From contig JASTWF010000359.1 of assembly GCA_030390025.1 (NCBI GenBank), positions 248,001 through 312,000 on the forward strand: a stretch of DNA of 64,000 bases, given 5' to 3'. The stretch is from Squalus acanthias. Its lineage: Eukaryota. Positions 29,001-43,959 of the stretch are shown here, one piece after another; the first letter of the stretch is position 1, and every line of letters starts with the position of its first letter. The position numbers and the translations under genes were made by a program. The notes under the pieces are model-generated. The model made no database searches, was not told the origin of the DNA, and saw nothing but the letters and a program-made list of their open reading frames with translations.

Positions 29001-32000
29001 ATATAACTCCGGACTGTTACTGTACCATGTGATATAACTCCGGACTGTTACTGTACCGTGTGATATAACTCCAGGACCGTTACTGTACCGTGTGATATAA
29101 CTCCAGGACTGTTACTGTACCGTGTGATATAACTCCAGGACTGTTACTGTACCGTGTGATATAACTCCGGTACTGTTACTGTACCGTGTGATATAACTCC
29201 GGGACTGTTACTGTACCGTGTGATATAACTCCAGGACTGTTACTGTACCGTGTGATATAACTCCAGGACCGTTACTGTACCGTGTGATATAACTCCAGGA
29301 CTGTTACTGTACCGTGTGATATAACTCCAGGACTGTTACTGTACCTTGTGATAAACTCCAGGACCGTTACTGTACCGTGTGATATAACTCCAGGACTGTT
29401 ACTGTACCGTGTGATATAACTCCAGGACTGTTACTGTACCATGTGATATAACTCCAGGACCGTTACTGTACCTTGTGATATAACTCCAGGACTGTTACTG
29501 TACCGTGTGATATAACTCCAGGACGTTACTGTACCTGTGATATAACTCCAGGACTGTTACTGTACCGTGTGATATAACTCCAGGACTGTTACTGTACCGT
29601 GTGATATAACTCCAGGACTGTTACTGTACCGTGTGATATAACTCCAGGACTGTTACTGTACCGTGTGATATAACTCCAGGACTGTTACTGTACCGTGTGA
29701 TATAACTCCAGGACTGTTACTGTACCATGTGATATAACTCCGGACTGTTACTGTACCGTGTGATATAACTCCAGGACTGTTACTGTACCTTGTGATATAA
29801 CTCCAGGACTGTTACTGTACCGTGTGATATAACTCCAGGACTGTTACTGTACCGTGTGATATAACTCCAGGACTGTTACTGTACCGTGTGATATAACTCC
29901 AGGACTGTTACTGTACCGTGTGATATAACTCCAGGACTGTTACTGTACCGTGTGATATAACTCCAGGACTGTTACTGTACCGTGTGATATAACTCCAGGA
30001 CTGTTACTGTACCGTGTGATATAACTCCAGGACCGTTACTGTACCGTGTGATATAACTCCAGGACCGTTACTGTACCGTGTGATATAACTCCAGGACTGT
30101 TACTGTACCGTGTGATATAACTCCAGGACTGTTACTGTACCGTGTGATATAACTCCAGGACTGTTACTGTACCGTGTGATATAACTCCAGGACTGTTACT
30201 GTACCGTGTGATATAACTCCAGGACCGTTACTGTACCATGTGATATAACTCCAGGACTGTTACTGTACCGTGTGATATAACTCCAGGACTGTTACTGTAC
30301 CGTGTGATATAACTGCGGGACTGTTACTGTACCATGTGATATAACTCCGGGACTGTTACTGTACCGTGTGATATAACTCCAGGACTGTTACTGTACCTTG
30401 TGATATAACTCCAGGACTGTTACTGTACCGTGTGATATAACTCCAGGACTGTTACTGTACCGTGTGATATAACTCCAGGACTGTTACTGTACCGTGTGAT
30501 ATAACTCCAGGACTGTTACTGTACCGTGTGATATAACTCCAGGACTGTTACTGTACCATGTGATATAACTCCAGGACTGTTACTGTACCTTGTGATATAA
30601 CTCCAGGACTGTTACTGTACCTTGTGATATAACTCCAGGACTGTTACTGTACCGTGTGATATAACTCCGGGACTGTTACTGTACCTTGTGATATAACTCC
30701 AGGACTGTTACTGTACCATGTGATATAACTCCAGGACCGTTACTGTACCGTGTGATATAACTCCAGGACTGTTACTGTACCGTGTGATATAACTCCAGGA
30801 CTGTTACTGTACCTTGTGATATAACTCCAGGACCGTTACTGTACCGTGTGATATAACTCCAGGACTGTTACTGTACCGTGTGATATAACTCCAGGACTGT
30901 TACTGTACCATGTGATATAACTCCAGGACTGTTACTGTACCGTGTGATATAACTCCAGGACTGTTACTGTACCGTGTGATATAACTCCAGGACTGTTACT
31001 GTACCGTGTGATATAACTCCAGGACCGTTACTGTACCTTGTGATATAACTCCAGGACTGTTACTGTACCGTGTGATATAACTCCAGGACTGTTACTGTAC
31101 CGTGTGATATAACTCCAGGACTGTTACTGTACCGTGTGATATAACTCCAGGACTGTTACTGTACCGTGTGATATAACTCCAGGACTGTTACTGTACCGTG
31201 TGATATAACTCCAGGACTGTTACTGTACCGTGTGATATAACTCCAGGACTGTTACTGTACCGTGTGATATAACTCCAGGACTGTTACTGTACCGTGTGAT
31301 ATAACTCCAGGACTGTTACTGTACCGTGTGATATAACTCCAGGACTGTTACTGTACCGTGTGATATAACTCCAGGACTGTTACTGTACCGTGTGATATAA
31401 CTCCAGGACTGTTACTGTACCGTGTGATATAACTCCAGGACTGTTACTGTACCATGTGATATAACTCCAGGACTGTTACTGTACCTTGTGATATAACTCC
31501 AGGACTGTTACTGTACCGTGTGATATAACTCCAGGACTGTTACTGTACCGTGTGATATAACTCCAGGACTGTTACTGTACCATGTGATATAACTCCAGGA
31601 CTGTTACTGTACCTTGTGATATAACTCCAGGACTGTTACTGTACCTTGTGATATAACTCCAGGACTGTTACTGTACCGTGTGATATAACTCCAGGACCGT
31701 TACTGTACCGTGTGATATAACTCCAGGACTGTTACTGTACCGTGTGATATAACTCCAGGACTGTTACTGTACCATGTGATATAACTCCAGGACCGTTACT
31801 GTACCGTGTGATATAACTCCAGGACTGTTACTGTACCATGTGATATAACTCCAGGACTGTTACTGTACCATGTGATATAACTCCAGGACCGTTACTGTAC
31901 CTTGTGATATAACTCCAGGACTGTTACTGTACCATGTGATATAACTCCAGGACTGTTACTGTACCGTGTGATATAACTCCAGGACCGTTACTGTACCGTG

Positions 32001-35000
32001 TGATATAACTCCAGGACTGTTACTGTACCGTGTGATATAACTCCAGGACTGTTACTGTACCGTGTGATATAACTCCAGGACCTGTTACTGTACCGTGTGA
32101 TATAACTCCAGGACTGTTACTGTACCGTGTGATATAACTCCAGGACTGTTACTGTACCGTGTGATATAACTCCAGGACTGTTACTGTACCGTGTGATATA
32201 ACTCCGGTACTGTTACTGTACCGTGTGATATAACTCCGGGACTGTTACTGTACCGTGTGATATAACTCCAGGACTGTTACTGTACCGTGTGATATAACTC
32301 CAGGACTGTTACTGTACCGTGTGATATAACTCCAGGACCGTTACTGTACCGTGTGATATAACTCCAGGACCGTTACTGTACCATGTGATATAACTCCAGG
32401 ACTGTTACTGTACCGTGTGATATAACTCCAGGACTGTTACTGTACCGTGTGATATAACTCCAGGACCGTTACTGTACCGTGTGATATAACTCCAGGACTG
32501 TTACTGTACCGTGTGATATAACTCCAGGACAGTTACTGTACCTTGTGATATAACTCCAGGACCGTTACTGTACCGTGTGATATAACTCCAGGACTGTTAC
32601 TGTACCGTGTGATATAACTCCAGGACTGTTACTGTACCATGTGATATAACTCCAGGACCGTTACTGTACCATGTGATATAACTCCAGGACTGTTACTGTA
32701 CCGTGTGATATAACTCCAGGACTGTTACTGTACCGTGTGATATAACTCCAGGACTGTTACTGTACCGTGTGATATAACTCCAGGACTGTTACTGTACCGT
32801 GTGATATAACTCCAGGACTGTTACTGTACCATGTGATATAACTCCAGGACTGTTACTGTACCGTGTGATATAACTCCAGGACCGTTACTGTACCGTGTGA
32901 TATAACTCCAGGACTGTTACTGTACCGTGTGATATAACTCCAGGACTGTTACTGTACCATGTGATATAACTCCAGGACTGTTACTGTACCGTGTGATATA
33001 ACTCCAGGACCTGTTACTGTACCGTGTGATATTACTCCAGGACTGTTACTGTACCGTGTGATATAACTCCAGGACTGTTACTGTACCGTGTGATATAACT
33101 CCAGGACTGTTACTGTACCGTGTGATATAACTCCAGGACTGTTACTGTACCGTGTGATATAACTCCAGGACTGTTACTGTACCGTGTGATATAACTCCAG
33201 GACTGTTACTGTACCGTGTGATATAACTCCAGGACTGTTACTGTACCATGTGATATAACTCCAGGACCGTTACTGTACCGTGTGATATAACTCCAGGACT
33301 GTTACTGTACCGTGTGATATAACTCCAGGACTGTTACTGTACCGTGTGATATAACTCCAGGACTGTTACTGTACCGTGTGATATAACTCCAGGACTGTTA
33401 CTGTACCGTGTGATATAACTCCAGGACTGTTACTGTACCGTGTGATATAACTCCAGGACTGTTACTGTACCATGTGATATAACTCCAGGACTGTTACTGT
33501 ACCGTGTGATATAACTCCAGGACTGTTACTGTACCGTGTGATATAACTCCAGGACTGTTACTGTACCATGTGATATAACTCCAGGACTGTTACTGTACCG
33601 TGTGATATAACTCCAGGACTGTTACTGTACCGTGTGATATAACTCCAGGACTGTTACTGTACCATGTGATATAACTCCAGGACTGTTACTGTACCGTGTG
33701 ATATAACTCCAGGACTGTTACTGTACCGTGTGATATAACTCCAGGACTGTTACTGTACCGTGTGATATAACTCCAGGACTGTTACTGTACCGTGTGATAT
33801 AACTCCAGGACTGTTACTGTACCGTGTGATATAACTCCAGGACTGTTACTGTACCGTGTGATATAACTCCAGGACTGTTACTGTACCGTGTGATATAACT
33901 CCAGGACTGTTACTGTACCGTGTGATATAACTCCAGGACTGTTACTGTACCATGTGATATAACTCCAGGACTGTTACTGTACCGTGTGATATAACTCCAG
34001 GACCGTTACTGTACCGTGTGATATAACTCCAGGACTGTTACTGTACCGTGTGATATAACTCCAGGACGTTACTGTACCGTGTGATATAACTCCAGGACTG
34101 TTACTGTACCGTGTGATATAACTCCAGGACTGTTACTGTACCATGTGATATAACTCCAGGACTGTTACTGTACCATGTGATATAACTCCAGGACTGTTAC
34201 TGTACCGTGTGATATAACTCCAGGACTGTTACTGTACCGTGTGATATAACTCCAGGACCGTTACTGTACCGTGTGATATAACTCCAGGACTGTTACTGTA
34301 CCTTGTGATATAACTCCAGGACTGTTACTGTACCGTGTGATATAACTCCAGGACTGTTACTGTACCGTGTGATATAACTCCAGGACTGTTACTGTACCGT
34401 GTGATATAACTCCAGGACTGTTACTGTACCGTGTGATATAACTCCAGGACTGTTACTGTACCGTGTGATATAACTCCAGGACTGTTACTGTACCGTGTGA
34501 TATAACTCCAGGACTGTTACTGTACCGTGTGATATAACTCCAGGACTGTTACTGTACCGTGTGATATAACTCCAGGACTGTTACTGTACCGTGTGATATA
34601 ACTCCAGGACTGTTACTGTACCGTGTGATATAACTCCAGGACTGTTACTGTACCGTGTGATATAACTCCAGGACTGTTACTGTACCGTGTGATATAACTC
34701 CAGGACTGTTACTGTACCGTGTGATATAACTCCGGACTGTTACTGTACCGTGTGATATAACTCCAGGACTGTTACTGTACCGTGTGATATAACTCCAGGA
34801 CTGTTACTGTACCGTGTGATATAACTCCAGGACTGTTACTGTACCGTGTGATATAACTCCAGGACCGTTACTGTACCGTGTGATATAACTCCAGGACTGT
34901 TACTGTACCGTGTGATATAACTCCAGGACCGTTACTGTACCATGTGATATAACTCCAGGACTGTTACTGTACCGTGTGATATAACTCCAGGACTGTTACT

Positions 35001-38000
35001 GTACCGTGTGATATAACTCCAGGACTGTTACTGTACCGTGTGATATAACTCCAGGACTGTTACTGTACCGTGTGATATAACTCCAGGACCGTTACTGTAC
35101 CGTGTGATATAACTCCAGGACTGTTACTGTACCGTGTGATATAACTCCGGGACTGTTACTGTACCGTGTGATATAACTCCAGGACCGTTACTGTACCGTG
35201 TGATATAACTCCAGGACCGTTACTGTACCGTGTGATATAACTCCAGGACTGTTACTGTACCGTGTGATATAACTCCAGGACTGTTACTGTACCGTGTGAT
35301 ATAACTCCAGGACTGTTACTGTACCATGTGATATAACTCCAGGACTGTTACTGTACCGTGTGATATAACTCCAGGACCGTTACTGTACCATGTGATATAA
35401 CTCCAGGACTGTTACTGTACCGTGTGATATAACTCCAGGACCTGTTACTGTACCGTGTGATATAACTCCAGGACTGTTACTGTACCGTGTGATATAACTC
35501 CAGGACTGTTACTGTACCGTGTGATATAACTCCAGGACTGTTACTGTACCGTGTGATATAACTCCAGGACTGTTACTGTACCGTGTGATATAACTCCAGG
35601 ACCGTTACTGTACCGTGTGATATAACTCCAGGACTGTTACTGTACCGTGTGATATAACTCCAGGACTGTTACTGTACCGTGTGATATAACTCCAGGACTG
35701 TTACTGTACCATGTGATATAACTCCAGGACCGTTACTGTACCGTGTGATATAACTCCAGGACCGTTACTGTACCGTGTGATATAACTCCAGGACTGTTAC
35801 TGTACCGTGTGATATAACTCCAGGACCTGTTACTGTACCTTGTGATATAACTCCAGGACTGTTACTGTACCGTGTGATATAACTCCAGGACTGTTACTGT
35901 ACCGTGTGATATAACTCCAGGACCGTTACTGTACCGTGTGATATAACTCCAGGACTGTTACTGTACCTTGTGATATAACTCCAGGACTGTTACTGTACCG
36001 TGTGATATAACTCCAGGACTGTTACTGTACCGTGTGATATAACTCCAGGACTGTTACTGTACCGTGTGATATAACTCCAGGACTGTTACTGTACCGTGTG
36101 ATATAACTCCAGGACCGTTACTGTACCATGTGATATAACTCCAGGACTGTTACTGTACCGTGTGATATAACTCCAGGACTGTTACTGTACCGTGTGATAT
36201 AACTCCAGGACTGTTACTGTACCGTGTGATATAACTCCAGGACCGTTACTGTACCGTGTGATATAACTCCAGGACTGTTACTGTACCGTGTGATATAACT
36301 CCAGGACTGTTACTGTACCGTGTGATATAACTCCAGGACTGTTACTGTACCGTGTGATATAACTCCAGGACTGTTACTGTACCGTGTGATATAACTCCAG
36401 GACTGTTACTGTACCGTGTGATATAACTCCAGGACTGTTACTGTACCGTGTGATATAACTCCAGGACTGTTACTGTACCGTGTGATATAACTCCAGGACT
36501 GTTACTGTACCGTGTGATATAACTCCAGGACTGTTACTGTACCGTGTGATATAACTCCAGGACTGTTACTGTACCGTGTGATATAACTCCGGACTGTTAC
36601 TGTACCGTGTGATATAACTCCAGGACAGTTACTGTACCGTGTGATATAACTCCAGGACCGTTACTGTACCATGTGATATAACTCCAGGACTGATACTGTA
36701 CCGTGTGATATAACTCCAGGACCATTACTGTACCGTGTGATATAACTGCGGGACTGTTACTGTACCGTGTGATATAACTCCGGGACTGTTACTGTACCGT
36801 GTGATATAACTCCAGGACTGTTACTGTACCGTGTGATATAACTCCGGTACTGTTACTGTACCGTGTGATATAACTCCGGGACAGTTACTGTACCGTGTGA
36901 TATAACTCCAGGACTGTTACTGTACCATGTGATATAACTCCAGGACTGTTACTGTACCGTGTGATATAACTCCAGGACCGTTACTGTACCATGTGATATA
37001 ACTCCAGGACTGTTACTGTACCGTGTGATATAACTCCAGGACTGTTACTGTACCGTGTGATATAACTCCAGGACTGTTACTGTACCGTGTGATATAACTC
37101 CAGGACTGTTACTGTACCGTGTGATATAACTCCAGGACTGTTACTGTACCGTGTGATATAACTCCAGGACTGTTACTGTACCATGTGATATAACTCCAGG
37201 ACTGTTACTGTACCGTGTGATATAACTCCAGGACTGTTACTGTACCATGTGATATAACTCCAGGACCGTTTCTGTACCTTGTGATATAACTCCAGGACCG
37301 TTACTGTACCTTGTGATATAACTCCAGGACTGTTACTGTACCGTGTGATATAACTCCAGGACTGTTACTGTACCGTGTGATATAACTCCAGGACTGTTAC
37401 TGTACCATGTGATATAACTCCAGGACCGTTACTGTACCGTGTGATATAACTCCAGGACCGTTACTGTACCGTGTGATATAACTCCAGGACAGTTACTGTA
37501 CCTTGTGATAAAACTCCAGGACCGTTACTGTACCGTGTGATATAACTCCAGGACTGTTACTGTACCGTGTGATATAACTCCAGGACTGTTACTGTACCAT
37601 GTGATATAACTCCAGGACTGTTACTGTACCATGTGATATAACTCCAGGACTGTTACTGTACCATGTGATATAACTCCGGGACTGTTACTGTACCGTGTGA
37701 TATAACTCCAGGACTGTTACTGTACCATGTGATATAACTCCAGGACTGTTACTGTACCATGTGATATAACTCCAGGACCGTTACTGTACCGTGTGATATA
37801 ACTCCAGGACTGTTACTGTACCGTGTGATATAACTCCGGGACTGTTACTGTACCGTGTGATATAACTCCAGGACTGTTACTGTACCATGTGATATAACTC
37901 CAGGACTGTTACTGTATCGTGTTATATAACTCCAGGACTGTTACTGTACCGTGTGATATAACTCCAGGACTATTACTGTACCGTGTGATATAACTCCGGG

Positions 38001-41000
38001 ACTGTTACTGTACCGTGTGATATAACTCCAGGACTGTTACTGTACCGTGTGATATAACTCCGGGACTGTTACTGTACCGTGTGATATAACTCCAGGACTA
38101 TTACTGTACCGTGTGATATAACTCCAGGACCGTTACTGTACCATGTGATATAACTCCAGGACTGATACTGTACCGTGTGATATAACTCCGGGACCATTAC
38201 TGTACCTTGTGATATAACTGCGGGACTGTTACTGTACCGTGTGATATAACTCCGGGACTGTTACTGTACCGTGTGATATAACTCCGGGACTGTTACTGTA
38301 CCGTGTGATATAACTCCAGGACTGTTACTGTACCGTGTGATATAACTCCGGACTGTTACTGTACCGTGTGATATAACTCCAGGACAGTTACTGTACCTTG
38401 TGATAAAACTCCAGGACCGTTACTGTACCATGTGATATAACTCCAGGACTGTTACTGTACCGTGTGATATAACTCCAGGACCGTTACTGTACCATGTGAT
38501 ATAACTCCAGGACTGTTACTGTACCGTGTGATATAACTCCAGCACTGTTACTGTACCGTGTGATATAACTCCAGGACTGTTACTGTACCGTGTGATATAA
38601 CTCCAGGACTGTTACTGTACCGTGTGATATAACTCCAGGACCGTTACTGTACCGTGTGATATAACTCCAGGACTGTTACTGTACCGTGTGATATAACTCC
38701 GGGACTGTTACTGTACCATGTGATATAACTCCAGGGCCGTTACTGTACCGTGTGATATAACTCCAGGACCGTTACTGTACCGTGTGATATAACTCCAGGA
38801 CCGTTACTGTACCATGTGATATAACTCCAGGACTGTTACTGTACCATGTGATATAGCTCCAGGACCGTTACTGTACCATGTGATATAACTCCAGGACTGT
38901 TACTGTACCGTGTGATATAACTCCAGGACTGTTACTGTACCGTGTGATATAACTCCAGGACTGTTACTGTACCGTGTGATATAACTCCAGGACTGTTACT
39001 GTACCGTGTGATATAACTCCAGGACTGTTACTGTACCGTGTGATATAACTCCAGGACTGTTACTGTACCGTGTGATATAACTCCAGGACTGTTACTGTAC
39101 CATGTGATATAACTCCAGGACCGTTACTGTACCGTGTGATATAACTCCAGGACCGTTACTGTACCGTGTGATATAACTCCAGGACTGTTACTGTACCGTG
39201 TGATATAACTCCAGGACCGTTACTGTACCGTGTGATATAACTCCAGGACTGTTACTGTACCGTGTGATATAACTCCAGGACTGTTACTGTACCATGTGAT
39301 ATAACTCCAGGACCGTTACTGTACCTTGTGATATAACTCCAGGACTGTTACTGTACCGTGTGATATAACTCCAGGACTGTTACTGTACCGTGTGATATAA
39401 CTCAGGACTGTTACTGTACCTTGTGATATAACTCCAGGACTGTTACTGTACCGTGTGATATAACTCCAGGACTGTTACTGTACCGTGTGATATAACTCCT
39501 GGACTGTTACTGTACCGTGTCAGGAAACTCCAGGACTGTTACTGTACCGTGTGATATAACTCCAGACAGTTACTGTACCTTGTGATATAACTCCAGGACT
39601 GTTACTGTACCGTGTGATATAACTCCTGGACCGTTACTGTACCTTGTGATATAACTCCAGAACTGTTACTGTACCATGTGATATAACTCCAGGACAGTTA
39701 CTGTAACGTGTGATATAACTCCAGGACCGTTACTGTACCATGTGATATAACTCCAGGACCGTTACTGTACCGTGTGATATAGCTCCAGGACTGTAACTGT
39801 ACCGTGTGAGATAACTCCAGGACCGTTACTGTACCGTGTGATATAACTCCAGGACTGTTACTGTACAGTGTGATATAACTCCAGGACTCTTACTGTACCG
39901 TGTGATATAACTCCAGGACCGTTACTGTACCGTGTGATATAACTCCAGGACTGTAACTGTACCATGTGATATAACTCCAGGACCGTTACTGTACCGTGTG
40001 ATATAACTCCAGGACCGTTACTGTACCGTGTGATATAACTCCAGGACAGTTACTGTACCTTGTGATATAACTCCAGTACTGTTACTGTACCGTGTGCTAT
40101 AACTCCGGGACTGTTACTGTACCGTGTGATATAACTCCAGGGACTATTACTGTACCGTGTCATATAACTCCAGTACTGTTACTGTACCGTGTGATATAAC
40201 TCCAGGACTGTTACTGTACCATGTGATATAACTCCGGTACTGTTACTGTACCGTGTGATATAACTCCAGGACTGTTACTGTACCATGTGATATAACTCCA
40301 GGACTGTTACTGTACCATGTGATATAACTCCAGGACTATGACTGTACCGTGTGATATAACTCCAGGACTGTTACTGTACCATGTGATATAACTCCAGGAC
40401 TATTACTGTACCGTGTGATATAACTCCAGGACTGTTACTGTACCATGTGATATCACTCCAGGACCGTTACTGGACCGTGTGATATAACTCCAGGACTGTT
40501 ACTGTACCGTGTGATATAACTCCAGGACCGTTACTGTACCGTGTGATATAACTCCAGGACTGTTACTGTACCATGTGATATAACTCCGGGACCGTTACTG
40601 TACCGTGTGATATAACTCCAGGACTGTTACTGTGCCATGTGATATAACTCTTGGACCGTTACTGTACCTTGTGATATAACTCCAGGACCGTTACTGTAAC
40701 TTGTGATATAACTCCAGGACTGTTACTGTACTGTGTGATATAACTCCAGGACCGTTACTGTACTATGTGATATAACTCCAGGACTGTTACTGTACCATGT
40801 GATATAACTCCAGGACTGTTACTGTACCATGTGATATAACTACAGGACCGTTACTGTACCATGTGATATAACTCCAGGACCGTTACTGTACCGTGTGATA
40901 TAACTCCAGGACTGTTACTGTACCATGTGATATAACTCCAGGACCGTTACTGTACCTTGTGATATAACTCCAGGACTGTTACTGTACCATGTGATATAAC

Positions 41001-41949
41001 TCCAGGACTTTTACTGTACCGTGTGATATAACTCCAGGACCGTTACTGCACCGTGTGATATAACTCCAGGACTGTTACTGTACCATGTGATATATCTCCA
41101 GGACCGTTACTGTACCTTGTGATACAACTCCAGGACTGTTACTGTACCTTGTGATATAACTCCAGGACCGTTACTGCACCGTGTGATATAACTCCAGGAC
41201 CGTTACTGTACCGTGTGATATAACTCCAGGACTGTTACTGTACCATGTGATATAACTCCAGGACCGTTACTGTACCGTGTGATATAACTCCGGGACTATT
41301 ACTTTGCAATGTGATATAACTCCAGGAATGTTACTGTACCTTGTGATATAACTCCAGGACTGTTACTGTACCGTGTGATATAACTCCAGGACCGTTACTG
41401 TACCGTGTGATATAACTCCAGGACCGTTACTGTACCGTCTGATATAACTCTAGGACAGTTACTTTACCTTGTGATAAAACTCCAGGACCGTTACTGTACC
41501 GTGTGATATAACTCGAGGACTGTTACTGTACCGTGTGATATAACTCCGGGACTGTTACTGTACCGTGTGATATAACTCCGGGACTGTTACTGTACCATGT
41601 GATATAACTCCAGGACTGTTACTGTACCGAGTGATATAACTCCAGCACTGTTAATGTACCGTGTGAGATAACTCCAGGACTGTTACTGTACCGTGTGATA
41701 TCACTCCAGGACTGTTACTGTACCGTGTGATATAACTCCAGGACCGTTACTGTACCATGTGATATAACTCTAGGACTGTTTCTGTACCGAGTGATATAAC
41801 TCCAGCACTGTTAATGTACCGTGTGATATAACTCCAGGACTGTTACTGTACCGTGTGATATAACTCCAGGACTGTTACTGTAACGTGTGATATAACTCCA
41901 GGACCGTTACTGTACCGTGTGATATAACTCCAGGACCGTTACTGTACCG

Positions 41950-43590
41950 TGTGATATAACTCCGGGACTGTTACTGTACCGTGTGATATAACTCCAGGAC
42001 TATTACGGTACCGTGTGATATAACTCCAGGACCGTTACTGTACCATGTGATATAACTCCAGGACTGATACTGTACCGTGTGATATAACTCCGGGACCATT
42101 ACTGTACCATGTGTTATAACTGCGGGACTGTTACTGTACCGTGTGATATAACTCCGGGACTGTTACTGTACCGTGTGACATAACTCTGGGACTGTTACTG
42201 TACCGTGTGATATAACTCCGGTACTGTTACTGTACCGTGTGATATAACTCCGGGACTGTTACTGTACCATGTGATATAACTCCAGGACCGTTACTGTACC
42301 GTGTGATATAACTCCAGGACTGTTGCTGTACCGTGTGTTATAACTCCGGGACTGTTACTGTACCGTGTGATATAACTCCAGGACTGTTACTGTACCGTGT
42401 GATTTCACTCCAGGACTGTTACTGTACCATGTGATATAACTCCAGGACTGTTACTGTACCTTGTGATATAACTCCAGGACTGTTACTGTACCGTGTGTTA
42501 TAACTCCAGGACTGTTACTGTACCGTGTGATATAACTCCGGGACTGTTACTGTACCATGTGATATAACTCCAGGACCGTTACTGTACCGTGTGATATAAC
42601 TCCAGGACTGTTTCTGTACCGTGTGATATAACTCCTGGACCGTTACTGTACCGTGTGATATAACTCCAGGACCGTTACTGTACCGTGTGATATAACTCCA
42701 GGACTGTTACTGTACCATGTGATATAACTCCAGGACTGTTACTGTACCGTGTGATATAACTCCTGGACTGTTCCTGTACCGTGTGATATAACTCCGGGAC
42801 TGTTACTGTACCGTGTGATATAACTCCAGGACTATTACTGTACCGTGTGATATAACTCCAGGACCGTTACTGTACCATGTGATATAACTCCAGGACTGAT
42901 ACTGTACCGTGTGATATAACTCCGGGACCATTACTGTACCATGTGTTATAACTGCGGGACTGTTACTGTACCGTGTGATATAACTCCAGGACTGTTACTG
43001 TACCGTGTGACATAACTCTGGGACTGTTACTGTACCGTGTGATATAACTCCGGGACTGTTACTGTACCATGTGATATAACTCCAGGACCGTTACTGTACC
43101 GTGTGATATAACTCCAGGACTGTTGCTGTACCGTGTGATATAACTCCGGGACTGTTACTGTACCGTGTGATATAACTCCAGGACTGTTACTGTACCGTGT
43201 GATTTCACTCCAGGACTGTTACTGTACCATGTGATATAACTCCAGGACTGTTACTGTACCTTGTGATATAACTCCAGGACTGTTACTGTACCGTGTGTTA
43301 TAACTCCAGGACTGTTACTGTACCGTGTGATATAACTCCGGGACTGTTACTGTACCATGTGATATAACTCCAGGACCGTTACTGTACCGTGTGATATAAC
43401 TCCAGGACTGTTTCTGTACCGTGTGATATAACTCCTGGACCGTTACTGTACCGTGTGATATAACTCCAGGACCGTTACTGTACCGTGTGATATAACTCCA
43501 GGACTGTTACTGTACCATGTGATATAACTCCAGGACTGTTACTGTACCGTGTGATATAACTCCTGGACTGTTACTGTACCGTGTGATATA
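41950..43590 (+). repeat. Tandem duplication of a 25-26-monomer satellite block
   Basis: GGACTGATAC at 42061/42893 (+832), GATTTCACTC at 42401/43201 (+800) and TTTCTGTACC at 42611/43411 (+800). Boundaries are approximate. Confidence 0.8.
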
Positions 43591-43959
43591 ACTCCAGGTC
43601 TGTTACTGTACATTGTGATTTAACTCCAGGACTGTTACTTTACCATGTGATATAACTCCGGGACTGTTACTGTACCTTGTGATATAACTCTGGGACTGTT
43701 ACTGTACCGTGTGATATAACTCCAGGACTGTTACTGTACCGTGTGATATAACTCCGGGACTGTTACTGTACCTTGTGATATAACTCTGAGACTGTTACTG
43801 TACCGTGTGATATAACTCCAGGACCGTTACTGTACCGTGTGATATAACTCCGGGACTGTTACTGTACCGTGTGATATAACTCCAGGACTGTTACTGTACC
43901 ATGTGATATAACTCCTGGACTGTTACTGTACAATGTGATAAAACTCCGGGACTGTTACT

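Noticed and set aside
39511..39535. Locally aberrant monomer (GTGTCAGGAAACTC; similar oddities at ~22021 and ~18151) as a foreign insert or footprint
   Set aside because: Monomer phase is preserved and only a few bases change. These are singletons in or near error-prone zones, most likely consensus errors.
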